A stretch of 64,000 nucleotides of DNA, from sequence record NC_010821.1; one strand, 5' to 3'. Positions 28,071-37,971 of this stretch are shown here, in pieces (the stretch's first letter is position 1; every line of letters begins with the position of its first letter). The position numbers and the translations under genes were made by a program. Under the pieces are notes generated by a model, which was given only the letters and a program-made list of their open reading frames with translations, was not told the origin of the DNA and did not search any database.

Positions 28071-28629
28071 TCCTCCTTTTATCTCAAGTCATCAAGCGAG
28101 ACAGCAGGTTGTTGATGCAATTGAACAGGTGACAAGTCGCATTGATACATTTGGCTTCGCTATCTGGCCATTGATGCCCTACACTGAACGAGGTATCCCA
28201 CCAGGCTTCATTACCATTGGCTGCACCAAGATTGGTATCCCTGAGTTCTACGTATCGGGTATTCCGGCACACTCTGATGAAGCTGATCAGCTCATTAAAA
28301 CCCTGCGTGAGTTCTACAGCTATGCTCGTGACAATGCAATGGGTATAGAGCCGATGGAATTGTGTCATATGGTCAACACCCGTGATGAAGGTCAGATTGT
28401 CCCACAATACCAATATCGGCCAGTAGACTCTGAGCGGCTGATGTATGGTCAGTGCACTATCTTGCGTCACTGGGCAGAGTCGGTCGGACTGAAAGAACAG
28501 GTGATGGGTGTTCAGATTGTACATCGCCAGACACCAGAAGCTGACTTCCCTATGTACTCAACCCCAGCCCAACTGTTGTTGGATTGGACTCCATTCGGAT
28601 TTAAACAAGAGGTTGTAACGGGGGTTTAA
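28063..28629 (+). CDS. hypothetical protein, DUF4262-like (tentative)
   Basis: FITIGCTKIGIPEFYVSGI resembles the YTVGL..GHPEL motif of DUF4262. Confidence 0.6.
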   Translation: MSNPPFISSHQARQQVVDAIEQVTSRIDTFGFAIWPLMPYTERGIPPGFITIGCTKIGIPEFYVSGIPAHSDEADQLIKTLREFYSYARDNAMGIEPMELCHMVNTRDEGQIVPQYQYRPVDSERLMYGQCTILRHWAESVGLKEQVMGVQIVHRQTPEADFPMYSTPAQLLLDWTPFGFKQEVVTGV

Positions 28630-28973
28630 TGGTACTAGAAGACATCAACGTTGCGCGTCCACGTTACTTACAGTGGACGCTCTTTAGGGATTACCATTAC
28701 GCTGTGTTCAACGAGCGTGGGGAAATGGTTATGATCCTGGTGATGACTAAAGGTACCTTGCGTAGTTACTGGGTTAAAGAGTTAAATCCTAAAACACAAA
28801 ACGTGGTTTATGAAAACCATGAGATCCATGCTCGGATGATGGCTTGCCGTTACATACGTGAGTCTGAAGATCTGGTTGCAAAGCTTGAGTCAGAGCAACC
28901 ACCCGGACAGTACTTCCTTTCGGTTGTTAACGCATCGGGTAAAAGACTTTACAACATTTCGATCTGGATCTAA
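28629..28973 (+). CDS. hypothetical protein
   Basis: TAATG coupling. Confidence 0.7.
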   Translation: MVLEDINVARPRYLQWTLFRDYHYAVFNERGEMVMILVMTKGTLRSYWVKELNPKTQNVVYENHEIHARMMACRYIRESEDLVAKLESEQPPGQYFLSVVNASGKRLYNISIWI

Positions 28974-29024
28974 GTTTTACCGAACAGCTTGATACTCTGT
29001 ATTAAACCATTAAGAGGCTATGAG

Positions 29025-29573
29025 ATGACACAGGTTCTTCGCGTTGGTAAGTTCTCCGGTAAATATGAATTCCTCGATAAGGAAGCGCAAGTTATCAGTC
29101 CAGAGACTGGTTCTGGACTGATTTCATCGGAGGATGCCGATGTTCTGTTGGAACGGATTCGTCAAGGGTATCAGTACATTCCAGGTGGCCACTATATTCT
29201 GCGTCTTGAAGACGTCGGTGGTATGGACGGCTATTTTGAATTTACTGAGATGATTACCTTCGACACAGATGACGATGGTTATGCGATCCCTCGCCATACT
29301 CAGCTGGTTACCCAGGCTGCGTTTGATGCCCCATTCTCCGATCACAACCAGATCCTTACAGCTAACGCCTTTATCGATTACGCTGAGCGTGTGATTCGTT
29401 GGATGAATAATCCAATCGGTTTTGATCAATATGTGTATGATCCAGCGCAAGCTGTGAAGGCATGTGATATCGATGACGACGTGGCTGTACTCATGACAGT
29501 CGGGGCACGTTATCTGATGCGCGATAAACCAACTCATTACTCTCTGATCCCTACGCGGTTCTACGTGAGGTAA
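29025..29573 (+). CDS. hypothetical protein
   Basis: ORF 28989..29573; GAGG SD. Confidence 0.75.
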   Translation: MTQVLRVGKFSGKYEFLDKEAQVISPETGSGLISSEDADVLLERIRQGYQYIPGGHYILRLEDVGGMDGYFEFTEMITFDTDDDGYAIPRHTQLVTQAAFDAPFSDHNQILTANAFIDYAERVIRWMNNPIGFDQYVYDPAQAVKACDIDDDVAVLMTVGARYLMRDKPTHYSLIPTRFYVR

Positions 29574-29575
29574 CT

Positions 29576-30091
29576 ATGGATACACCTAAGGTTCTCTACC
29601 ATGGGTCGCTTTATAAACAGAATGAACTCATGCCAGGCATTAAACGCTCGGGTGAGCTCACTGTATGGGATGGGGTAGAGACCAACCAGAATCTTTACGC
29701 TACTACTGACCCACAGGAAGCTGCTTTACTGGGGATAGGTTCAGCAGCCGAGAAGACGTTTGATACAGATCGGTTTATTGAACTGGACGGTAACATCTGG
29801 TTGTTTACACAAACCCAGATCGACATCAACGATTTCTTGGAGATGGTTATCTATCGATACACCATTCCGGTTCGGCCACAAGATGGTTGGACCAAGAACA
29901 ACAACCCGTACAACAATATTGATACTGAGTGGATCACACAGAAAACCATCCATGGTGTAAAGTGTGAGAAACTCGATATCCGTAAAGTAATGCGTGGGCA
30001 TACTGTGACAGTAACTCAAGCTCCGGTCGACGTAAGTTTACCTGAGATTACTACTCGTTATGGTAGCGATACAAAAGTGTATAAACTGTGA
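29576..30091 (+). CDS. possible ADP-ribosyltransferase-fold protein
   Basis: VLYHGS...NLYATTDPQEA pattern of H-Y-class ART folds; late DTEW. Confidence 0.5.
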   Translation: MDTPKVLYHGSLYKQNELMPGIKRSGELTVWDGVETNQNLYATTDPQEAALLGIGSAAEKTFDTDRFIELDGNIWLFTQTQIDINDFLEMVIYRYTIPVRPQDGWTKNNNPYNNIDTEWITQKTIHGVKCEKLDIRKVMRGHTVTVTQAPVDVSLPEITTRYGSDTKVYKL

Positions 30092-30118
30092 GTGGCTTAG
30101 CCACTCACTTATTCCGTT
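30088..30118 (+). terminator. intrinsic terminator-like hairpin
   Basis: GTGAGTGG-CTTAG-CCACTCAC-TTATTCCGTT. Confidence 0.7.
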
Positions 30119-30129
30119 AAGGATACAAT

Positions 30130-30381
30130 ATGGATTTTTGGTCTGGACTGTTTATAGCGTTCTCGGGTGGTGCGTGTGTATACGCTTCACTGGGACTGAT
30201 GTTGATTTATCGATATTGGTTTGAATCAGGTGCTAACCGTGGTGAAATCGCATGCACTCTTCGGGGTGTGGGGTTAACATTGATGGTGGGCATTTTGGTT
30301 CCAGCCATTTTACTAACACTGCACCTCACCGAGGTGATTACAATGTGGCGAGTCGGTTATGAGATCTTACGAGTACAATGA
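30130..30381 (+). CDS. two-TM membrane protein
   Basis: AAGGA SD; two hydrophobic segments. Confidence 0.7.
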   Translation: MDFWSGLFIAFSGGACVYASLGLMLIYRYWFESGANRGEIACTLRGVGLTLMVGILVPAILLTLHLTEVITMWRVGYEILRVQ

Positions 30382-30486
30382 CGAAGACTTCGAGCGGTTT
30401 GTTTTAGGTAGTACAGGTAACATGGGGCCGGGCGGTTTTATCGCTTTGGTTATCTTGATTCTTGTTTGTTTGATATGGTGGTTTAA

Positions 30487-30729
30487 ATGAGTCAGTCGGC
30501 ACCTAGATTCACGTTTTCAAATGTGCTGGAGCTACCATGTGGCACCACTACTGATTCACCCATCATTCGTATTCCACTGCGTGAAGAGTACCGGAGTAAG
30601 TTCAATGCCGCAGCGGCTCGGGATATTTTGAACTCCTTTAGCTTTGACGATATAAAGATCGTACTCTTGGATTACCCAGAGTACGGCCCATTCGATAAAG
30701 TTGTTGGCTTTTCGGTACAACCAAAATAA
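30487..30729 (+). CDS. hypothetical protein
   Basis: ORF track. Confidence 0.65.
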   Translation: MSQSAPRFTFSNVLELPCGTTTDSPIIRIPLREEYRSKFNAAAARDILNSFSFDDIKIVLLDYPEYGPFDKVVGFSVQPK

Positions 30730-30740
30730 GAAGGGCATCT

Positions 30741-31040
30741 ATGCACTTTAATGTAGAACTTAAAGTTAAACTCACAGCGGAATACTGGTTCATCTACCGT
30801 ACCATTAATGGCTGGGGTTTAACCCGTAGAATGCGCAACGCCACTGATTTCGATACATTCGCCGAAGCCAAGGCGGCCGTGTTGGAGTTGGTTAAAATGG
30901 ATCGTTCAGCGTTCCGTAAGTTCATTCATAAAGAAGATGACTTTGATACCCCCGTCTCACTAACCGTCCTCAGTCATATGACTGAGGGTGCAGAGAAGCA
31001 ATCTTTCCAAAAACTATATACTTTCAACGATCAGGAGTAA
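30741..31040 (+). CDS. hypothetical protein
   Basis: AAGGG SD. Confidence 0.7.
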   Translation: MHFNVELKVKLTAEYWFIYRTINGWGLTRRMRNATDFDTFAEAKAAVLELVKMDRSAFRKFIHKEDDFDTPVSLTVLSHMTEGAEKQSFQKLYTFNDQE

Positions 31041-31044
31041 TGAG

Positions 31045-31872
31045 ATGTCTAAGCGTTATAAGAACGAGCGTTATCACGTAGCTGTTCCACATCCACAACT
31101 GAGTGCCGCTCAGTCAGTATACGCTCGAGAAACCATGAACCGCCTGTTGGCCGATGTCGATCTGGCGGACTGGTTCGGTAAAGATGACGAAGATGGTACA
31201 GTGCATTATGTGTTCCGTACCTACAAGCTCGGTAAAGTAGTTGAAGAAGCTTTACTCGCGGAATGCAGTAGGCTGACCGATGCTCATCGTGTATGGGGTC
31301 AGCGTCATTGGGTTAGGAAGCCTAGTCGTATCCATGTAGGTCTGTTTACCGACGAAGGTATCTGTGCTATTGTGGCACCCGGTGATACCTTCAAGGGGAT
31401 GATGTTCAAACAAGTCAATGGTAAAGTTACCCAAGGTTGGTTTAATCAATCAGGGAAACATTTACCATCAAGAGAACTGGGTAAGCTCGTACGGTTATGG
31501 TTCCAAGGTGAGTCTACTGCCGTATGGAACGCACAGCGTCGATTCCGCTATGAGATGGATAACCCGGAGTCCAAGCATTACGGTGATATCGAATACGCCT
31601 TGGAGAAAGCTCGTGACCTACTGGGTAATAACGCGGCCATCCATTGTGTAAACGATAAAGGTGATCTTTATACCATCTCGGCATATGGGATTGAAGCATC
31701 CAATTACTGCACCAAGTTCGATCGTGGTGAACAGTGGGTGTTTGAATATGGTGTTGTTCCAGTGGGTATCCCGCATGAGGATGTGGTTTATAGCACGGGT
31801 AAGAAATCGGTCTTTAAGCAACAGCTCTTAGTGGCGAATACTATGACTATTCTCAAACGAGTTTGTATGTAA
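31045..31872 (+). CDS. ~280-aa paralog family member A
   Basis: WFQGESTAVWNAQRRF motif. Confidence 0.8.
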   Translation: MSKRYKNERYHVAVPHPQLSAAQSVYARETMNRLLADVDLADWFGKDDEDGTVHYVFRTYKLGKVVEEALLAECSRLTDAHRVWGQRHWVRKPSRIHVGLFTDEGICAIVAPGDTFKGMMFKQVNGKVTQGWFNQSGKHLPSRELGKLVRLWFQGESTAVWNAQRRFRYEMDNPESKHYGDIEYALEKARDLLGNNAAIHCVNDKGDLYTISAYGIEASNYCTKFDRGEQWVFEYGVVPVGIPHEDVVYSTGKKSVFKQQLLVANTMTILKRVCM

Positions 31873-31881
31873 GGAGTTATA

Positions 31882-32703
31882 ATGCGTACGCCCTATGTAT
31901 TTAAGTTGGCTTCGGATGCACCTGCTCCCGAGGTAGCAAAGATCTTCAACATTATCCATTCGATGGATCGTGTTGATAAAAACGACACTCATAAAATCCA
32001 TGAGGTGCTGTATCGAGATCCTCGTGGTAAGTATCGTACTTACATCGTGCCGTTCGACGAGGAAACAGGTTGCAAGTTCCAGCAACGTTGTAATGCTGCC
32101 GGTCTAAGTGCGTGCATTGATACGGAATACGTAAGTCCACCAGATCGGCATTACGTGGATGTACAGGCGTCTGGGTTGATTAAACTGCACTGGAGTAAGA
32201 AGGATACCTTTATTAGGGTTAAACCTGATGATACGTACCGTCATGAAATCCTTGGTCCAACCTCGGAGCAGACTGGGATTTACCCAAAAGAGATTTTCTT
32301 TGTGGGTCCCATTAAGCAGATCAACAAGGCCTATCGTCGTTACCTTTCAGTGATGCGTAAGCTCCATACCAGTAATGGTTACCTCACTACGTATCAACTG
32401 GACGATATTCTCAGTGCAATCGAGACTACCGGTGAGGCTTATGGTGGTGCGATGTATATTCTGACCGAGACTGGGTTGATCGCTCAATTGACTCGCACTG
32501 GATTCCATTGGGTAATTAACCGTCCGCCAGTTAGTGAGGATCAGCGTCGTAGTCGGGTGATCCACGGGTATAACGAAACGGTCATTGGTGTCGGTAAAGC
32601 AGATTGGTACACAAACTACTTTCGTGGGCGGGTAAAGAACCTAGCGTTTTGTGAGTCTTTGCTCAAAGCGGGTGTTACTCAAGAAGCTTACCTGAAACTT
32701 TAA
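31882..32703 (+). CDS. ~280-aa paralog family member B
   Basis: AAGGAG SD; FFVGPIKQINKAYRRY motif; terminator downstream at about 32711-32728. Confidence 0.8.
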   Translation: MRTPYVFKLASDAPAPEVAKIFNIIHSMDRVDKNDTHKIHEVLYRDPRGKYRTYIVPFDEETGCKFQQRCNAAGLSACIDTEYVSPPDRHYVDVQASGLIKLHWSKKDTFIRVKPDDTYRHEILGPTSEQTGIYPKEIFFVGPIKQINKAYRRYLSVMRKLHTSNGYLTTYQLDDILSAIETTGEAYGGAMYILTETGLIAQLTRTGFHWVINRPPVSEDQRRSRVIHGYNETVIGVGKADWYTNYFRGRVKNLAFCESLLKAGVTQEAYLKL

Positions 32704-32748
32704 TTAATCTGCCTCCCTTCGGGGAGGCTCTATTTCGAGGAGTAATAG

Positions 32749-33117
32749 ATGTCCTGTACTAATGAAATGGCTGAGATGTTGATCCACTGGTATAGCAACT
32801 TACCCGACAGTCAATTGGTATCCCCTCAGTTCCGTCGTGAAGCTCTGTGTGCCGTAACAGAGCTTACTGCTTACGATGCCATTCATCACATCGTAAGGAA
32901 TAGTCCAGAAGCTTTCCAGGTCTATGTAGGTTATCCTAGCTATCTCATTATCCGTCCTTCAGTAGGTGGATTGTTCACAACCTCGGAAATGCGCTATCAA
33001 TCCCAATTACCAGAGGGCGGTTATTCGCAACTACATTCGGTGGGGACCAATACAGCATTCGATGCGATGATCAACCTCAAGCAGCGTTATGAGTGGGAGA
33101 TGGCTAATGGACAATAA
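32749..33117 (+). CDS. hypothetical protein
   Basis: GAGGAG SD. Confidence 0.75.
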   Translation: MSCTNEMAEMLIHWYSNLPDSQLVSPQFRREALCAVTELTAYDAIHHIVRNSPEAFQVYVGYPSYLIIRPSVGGLFTTSEMRYQSQLPEGGYSQLHSVGTNTAFDAMINLKQRYEWEMANGQ

Positions 33118-33391
33118 ACCTGTCAACGGGATTTACAAGACTCGACCTAACTGGTACAAACAAACCGGTTGGCCTGAGGATCGTCATGTCTTCATTCAAG
33201 GCGATTCAGTTTGTCTTGTAGATTACATCGCTTACGGTGAGGAGTCTTATCATCGTGAGATCTACAGTTACCATAGTTTCTTCGAGGCGAATGAACTTGG
33301 TGAACGTGTAGGTCCATTACCTGAAGGTGATTTCAGTATCTGGACTTATCAAGGTCCACCCAAGGAGGAAGGGAAATGTCTTACGCCCTGA
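33107..33391 (+). CDS. hypothetical protein
   Basis: ORF 33089..33391; GGAG SD. Confidence 0.7.
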   Translation: MDNKPVNGIYKTRPNWYKQTGWPEDRHVFIQGDSVCLVDYIAYGEESYHREIYSYHSFFEANELGERVGPLPEGDFSIWTYQGPPKEEGKCLTP

Positions 33392-33564
33392 TTGGTTTCC
33401 TAATGACACTCAGTTTGATCTTGCTGATCGGATGGGTCGGTATGGGTTTCAAATCGAAGGTCGATCGAGTAGTCCATACCCGTGTTGGTTTTGCACTACT
33501 GTTTTCAGTAGCCATTACGGTTTACGCTAACCTTATTACCCTGAGCGTGGAGTTAGCCAAATGA
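33376..33564 (+). CDS. small two-TM membrane protein
   Basis: GGAGGA SD; hydrophobic. Confidence 0.7.
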   Translation: MSYALIGFLMTLSLILLIGWVGMGFKSKVDRVVHTRVGFALLFSVAITVYANLITLSVELAK

Positions 33565-33998
33565 GTTTCTTTGTGTGTAAACGTGATGACATTATCCACT
33601 TCGGTGGAATGCAGTCCGTCATGATGGATTGGGAACACGTACCTACATTCGGTACGTTCAGCGTGGTCATGAATGATTGCCGTTTGATGTCACCTGACGA
33701 TATCTGGGTATGGGTCGGTAGCTCAGTTATCACCGGCTACATTAAAGGTCGGTTTGTTAATACCGGTCTATGGACCGAACAGGAAATCTGTCGACTGTCG
33801 TATGACAACAAAGCCTTGATCATTATTCGTGAAGGTAAAAATTACTTCATTTATAAAAACGGACACAAGGAATTCCGTACAGAGGTATCCGACGGTAGTT
33901 TGATGTATACCCATGGTTGTGTTGAAGGTCAGGTACTCGATGCCATTGATCGTGACATAATGCCAACGCGTTGGGTCATCGACAAACGTAAGGTATAA
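33561..33998 (+). CDS. hypothetical protein
   Basis: ATGA overlap. Confidence 0.75.
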   Translation: MSFFVCKRDDIIHFGGMQSVMMDWEHVPTFGTFSVVMNDCRLMSPDDIWVWVGSSVITGYIKGRFVNTGLWTEQEICRLSYDNKALIIIREGKNYFIYKNGHKEFRTEVSDGSLMYTHGCVEGQVLDAIDRDIMPTRWVIDKRKV

Positions 33999-34033
33999 CA
34001 ATACCCTGCTAACCCATTTGATAGGAGCTTGAT

Positions 34034-34321
34034 ATGTCCAAAAGTAAACTTGAAGCAATCGTGGATTTCATCATCTCTAAACAGGACGAGTTTAAAGATA
34101 CTCCACTCAATACCGAACGTGTATTGTATCCAGAAGACTTCCTCGTGGATAATGTCTCGGCTCTTTACGTACGATCCGTTTCAGAAGAGAAATCGAACAT
34201 CTACGATGGTGTCTGGAACGGGTTGTATTGGATGGCCCGTGAAATCAATAACTATCGTATCAACGTCGCTAATGACTGTGACCGTATCAACTTAATGATC
34301 GAGGGGCTTAATGAGCGATAA
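34034..34321 (+). CDS. hypothetical protein
   Basis: AGGAG SD. Confidence 0.7.
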   Translation: MSKSKLEAIVDFIISKQDEFKDTPLNTERVLYPEDFLVDNVSALYVRSVSEEKSNIYDGVWNGLYWMAREINNYRINVANDCDRINLMIEGLNER

Positions 34322-34550
34322 ATCCATTCCGCCGACGCAAACGTATTTTGACGTAGACCGTAGTGGGTACTGTTACCTACTTAAGGTTAAGTTCTCCTTT
34401 AACAAGAAAGGGGAACTCGTGGAAACCATCATGAAGGTTACTCATCTGGGTAAACTGTCTCATCTGGACTATGTACTTGACTACAGTTCCTATGTGGTAT
34501 GGCCACGCGCTTTCGAATCTAACGATATCAAACAACTGGGAGTTAATTAA
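34311..34550 (+). CDS. hypothetical protein
   Basis: GAGGGG SD. Confidence 0.65.
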   Translation: MSDKSIPPTQTYFDVDRSGYCYLLKVKFSFNKKGELVETIMKVTHLGKLSHLDYVLDYSSYVVWPRAFESNDIKQLGVN

Positions 34551-35446
34551 TGTCTAAGTCTAAACGTCACAACACCGTAAGTTTGTCGATCCACTACAAA
34601 AACGCCAACGATCGTACTGCTTTTGAAAACGAACTCAACCTCGTTCAAGACCTCAGTACGTTGATGACTGCATCGGCGAAGTTGCATAACCACGCTGCTG
34701 ATCCTTTGGTGCGACCGCAGGCTTACGTAAAAGACGTTGACGATTACTATGGCTCGATCACTCTTCAGTTCCCATTGAAGGCCAAGTGGTACAGTGAAGA
34801 AAACGACATGCGTTGCTACAGCCATGTTGGACTGTATAACCTTTTGAAGTTGATCTCAGATGTATGCTCGACGCACTCGGTCAACTTTGAAGAGTTCCGT
34901 ACTCATCTGGATCTGGGCGGGATGAAAGCCCCATGGGTTCTGCCTGTTGAGGGGATGGGTGTTATTCTTCGTGAAGGTTCTCGACAGATGACTCTCACTG
35001 GCGATGTATTGCCACGTGCGGTAAGACTGGGCGTTGCTGAATATGAGGTTGAACAGTTGATCGTGGTGGGTGAACCTCGTGCAGTTGAAGACTTCAGTCG
35101 GGCATGGGGTCACGTAGCCGATAAATACCGTCGTGTGATGCAGAAGTATCCCACGCATCAGTATCACGGTCGTGGTCCGCTGATGGACGTAAGTACCATG
35201 AAGTACTCGTGGGGTAACCATAACTGGCAAAACGTTGGTGTGTTCGCATTGGTCAAACGTCCTGAGTTTGAACCGACTTGGGTAACTTTGGGCGAGATGC
35301 ATAACTCGTCGGTGCTGAAGAACATTATTGATATCGGTAATCACATGTTGAATACCCCACTTCAGTTCTCTAACACGGAACCCTCGATTCGTAATAACAT
35401 CTTCCTTTCGGACCATGCATATTACAGCTTTGAGTCGGTAGTCTAA
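34550..35446 (+). CDS. ~290-aa paralog family member C
   Basis: IVVGEPRAVEDFSRAW motif. Confidence 0.8.
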   Translation: MSKSKRHNTVSLSIHYKNANDRTAFENELNLVQDLSTLMTASAKLHNHAADPLVRPQAYVKDVDDYYGSITLQFPLKAKWYSEENDMRCYSHVGLYNLLKLISDVCSTHSVNFEEFRTHLDLGGMKAPWVLPVEGMGVILREGSRQMTLTGDVLPRAVRLGVAEYEVEQLIVVGEPRAVEDFSRAWGHVADKYRRVMQKYPTHQYHGRGPLMDVSTMKYSWGNHNWQNVGVFALVKRPEFEPTWVTLGEMHNSSVLKNIIDIGNHMLNTPLQFSNTEPSIRNNIFLSDHAYYSFESVV

Positions 35447-35487
35447 ACGGCATAAGCTGGGGTTGCTAATACAACCCCTTTCAAATT

Positions 35488-35495
35488 TATATCAC
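35488..35495 (+). promoter_or_regulatory. variant early-type promoter TATATCAC
   Basis: 7/8 match to TATATTAC, after the hairpin at 35459-35478. Confidence 0.5.
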
Positions 35496-35523
35496 TTTAA
35501 TGATAAACCACAGGAACTCTACA

Positions 35524-36408
35524 ATGTCGAAGAATAAAACCTTTCATAGTGTCACCTACACTTTTGAAAACGATGACCATCCAATCGTGATCGAATGGTT
35601 TGGTAAGAAAATGCTCGAGTTACAGCAGATCGTAAAAGTACATCTTGCTGATAACACTATTCGTCAAGATAAATTCAAGGTCGAATTTTTCGGCAACGGG
35701 ACCATGGTGAAGCTTACCTTCATCACTAACTTTCTGGGTGATGAGCAACTCTACACCAGCTTGATGGGTTACGTGAACCATCTGATTGGCGTGGCATCGC
35801 AGTACGTGGAAATCAAAACTTACTTTGAGTGTAATGACACTCGTCGTAATCGGTTTGCTCTGTTCAACGACTTCGGTTTGATGATCAAGCGTAATGCCCC
35901 ACTGGAAGTTCGCAGTGTCGGTAACGTAGCATATAACATCGGTAATGACGTTAATGGCGTGTGGGTCGCCGGTGAACCAAATCTGGTGCGTAAGGTAGTG
36001 GGTCGCATTCGCTACCTGTTGCGCAGTGGTAACAAAAACGTCAGGTTCGGCTATGATAAATTTATCAAAGAGGTAAAGCTATTTCTTGGTAAAGACGCTG
36101 CCGTTTATGTAACACGTGAGGGTGCCGGTTGGGGTGAAGTAATTCATGACGATGGCTACTCTGCCGCTAGTTGGCAAGATCCATTCCTGAGCGGTTACGT
36201 GGAACTGATCGAGGCCGGTAAAGCACCGGATGTATTTGATCTGGTGGGCGCCAAAGACAACTACTTCGATTTCCCTGCTTTCATGGCGGTGATCTTGGAG
36301 CGTGTTGAACAACTGCGTCAAGAAAAACCCCGTCAAGGTGGCTGGGTAAATATCCCAAATGAATTCATTCAATCTGTACTGAAGGAGATTACTGATGTCG
36401 AGTCGTGA
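35524..36408 (+). CDS. ~290-aa paralog family member D
   Basis: ORF 35500..36408; AGGA SD; WVAGEPNLVRKVVGRI motif. Confidence 0.8.
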   Translation: MSKNKTFHSVTYTFENDDHPIVIEWFGKKMLELQQIVKVHLADNTIRQDKFKVEFFGNGTMVKLTFITNFLGDEQLYTSLMGYVNHLIGVASQYVEIKTYFECNDTRRNRFALFNDFGLMIKRNAPLEVRSVGNVAYNIGNDVNGVWVAGEPNLVRKVVGRIRYLLRSGNKNVRFGYDKFIKEVKLFLGKDAAVYVTREGAGWGEVIHDDGYSAASWQDPFLSGYVELIEAGKAPDVFDLVGAKDNYFDFPAFMAVILERVEQLRQEKPRQGGWVNIPNEFIQSVLKEITDVES

Positions 36409-37213
36409 TTCTCACCGCGTTAAAGTAGTAATTGGTTGGACCCTACCTAAGGATAATGAACTCAGTGTTATCGCTGATCATTCTTTGGTAAATGATCTTC
36501 GGGTTCTACAGAAACGTGTCGACGGACACTACATGGCAGGTAGTGTGATAAAGACTGTTCAACGTGACGGCGATTCGGTAGTGCATACTTTCCGTCTACG
36601 TCATAAAGGTTATTCGCGCCATACGCGTAAGACCAGCTGGACCCAGTTGTTACTGTTTGTTGCACAGGTCAAGAAATTGTCTGCCAGTATCCCAGCAACT
36701 ATGAATCCAGTATTCGATCTGGATATGGAACAAAACCACATGCCGTGGGTATTCCATACTGGGTTCAACACAGATGGTCGCACTAACCTTTTCCTGAGGC
36801 CTGAGGCTATTCGCAGCGTTGTTCAACTGAACCGGAAAATTCGTATTTCTAATCCAGAAAATGTTTTCGCTAACCTGATGGATCATGGCGATCGGAAAAC
36901 TTATGCTATGTCTGATCAGTTTATGTTGTTTGGTCGTGAGCGCGCGGTTGAGAAATACGAGCGTTCGCTACGAGCAATCGAACAGGCAGGTCCAAACAAG
37001 AATATCATTGATCCCTATATCCGTGCATCGGGTCAATACGGGTATCCATTAGAAGATCAACTGTTGGTACTGTATCGCGATTCAGCCGGGCAATGGGTTA
37101 ATATCCCAGGTACTGGCTTTGAGGTCACTGATGGTGAGTTCACCCGTGAAGCTCTGACCAGCCAAAGAGATACTATCTTCGGTCTCAATTACGAACCACG
37201 CTTTGTTAACTAA
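36395..37213 (+). CDS. ~270-aa paralog family member E
   Basis: AAGGAG SD; MLFGRERAVEKYERSL motif. Confidence 0.8.
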   Translation: MSSRDSHRVKVVIGWTLPKDNELSVIADHSLVNDLRVLQKRVDGHYMAGSVIKTVQRDGDSVVHTFRLRHKGYSRHTRKTSWTQLLLFVAQVKKLSASIPATMNPVFDLDMEQNHMPWVFHTGFNTDGRTNLFLRPEAIRSVVQLNRKIRISNPENVFANLMDHGDRKTYAMSDQFMLFGRERAVEKYERSLRAIEQAGPNKNIIDPYIRASGQYGYPLEDQLLVLYRDSAGQWVNIPGTGFEVTDGEFTREALTSQRDTIFGLNYEPRFVN

Positions 37214-37220
37214 CCTAACC

Positions 37221-37238
37221 GGGGTAGTTCGCTACCCC
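37221..37238 (+). terminator. hairpin
   Basis: GGGGTAG-TTCG-CTACCCC. Confidence 0.6.
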
Positions 37239-37271
37239 ATAACACAATCTTACCTAAAGGACTAATAATAA

Positions 37272-37940
37272 ATGCCGATCGCTCGCACACCTGAGCACAC
37301 TGCAATGCGTAAATTGCTGATGCGCTATATGGCGGAGTATACAAATAACTCTTCAGCTCCAGCAAACATCCGGGGTGGTTTCTTTGCAATTCATATCACC
37401 GACACTAACATGGTGTGGGTGAACGAAACAGGTAGCTTTGCCAGCACACTCCAACGCTGGAAGAATAAAGGTACTTTCGCCGATTGCGTAGGACAAGCTA
37501 TTAAACGTGGTGCTAAACTGGAACTTTGGTTCTTGACACAGCCACAGCGGTTCTGCGTGAACGAATTAAAAGAAGAACTCAGCGAATTGAATAAAATAGC
37601 TGAACGAAAAGAACGCGTTATGTCTGGTCCTGGTAAACTCTACAGTATCCGACATGCTGGCTCAATGGACTTCTTCCTTTTAGCCGATCGTATCAACACC
37701 GCACCAACTTCACTGCTGTCTAACTTTGTTACCCGTCTGCAAACCATGCGCGGTGACAATCGTAATCAATTGTTGGACCAGTTTGTTAGTGAGCAGACCT
37801 CTGACATCATTAAAGGTACCGGTTTCGATATTACTCATATTGATGACTTCGATAGCTGTGAGGACCTCTGGCTGAAACGTCAGGTCTATATCGATGACAA
37901 CAAATTCGGTCGCAATCTGAACTGGCACAACGTGGACTGA
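37272..37940 (+). CDS. degenerate tandem GIY-YIG-like domain protein (tentative)
   Basis: GFFAIHITDTNMVWVNETGSFASTLQRW and GKLYSIRHAGSMDFFLL echo GIY-x(9-10)-YIG-...-R spacing. Confidence 0.45.
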   Translation: MPIARTPEHTAMRKLLMRYMAEYTNNSSAPANIRGGFFAIHITDTNMVWVNETGSFASTLQRWKNKGTFADCVGQAIKRGAKLELWFLTQPQRFCVNELKEELSELNKIAERKERVMSGPGKLYSIRHAGSMDFFLLADRINTAPTSLLSNFVTRLQTMRGDNRNQLLDQFVSEQTSDIIKGTGFDITHIDDFDSCEDLWLKRQVYIDDNKFGRNLNWHNVD

Positions 37941-37971
37941 TCCACTCAATCTTTCTATTAGGTTTACTGCA

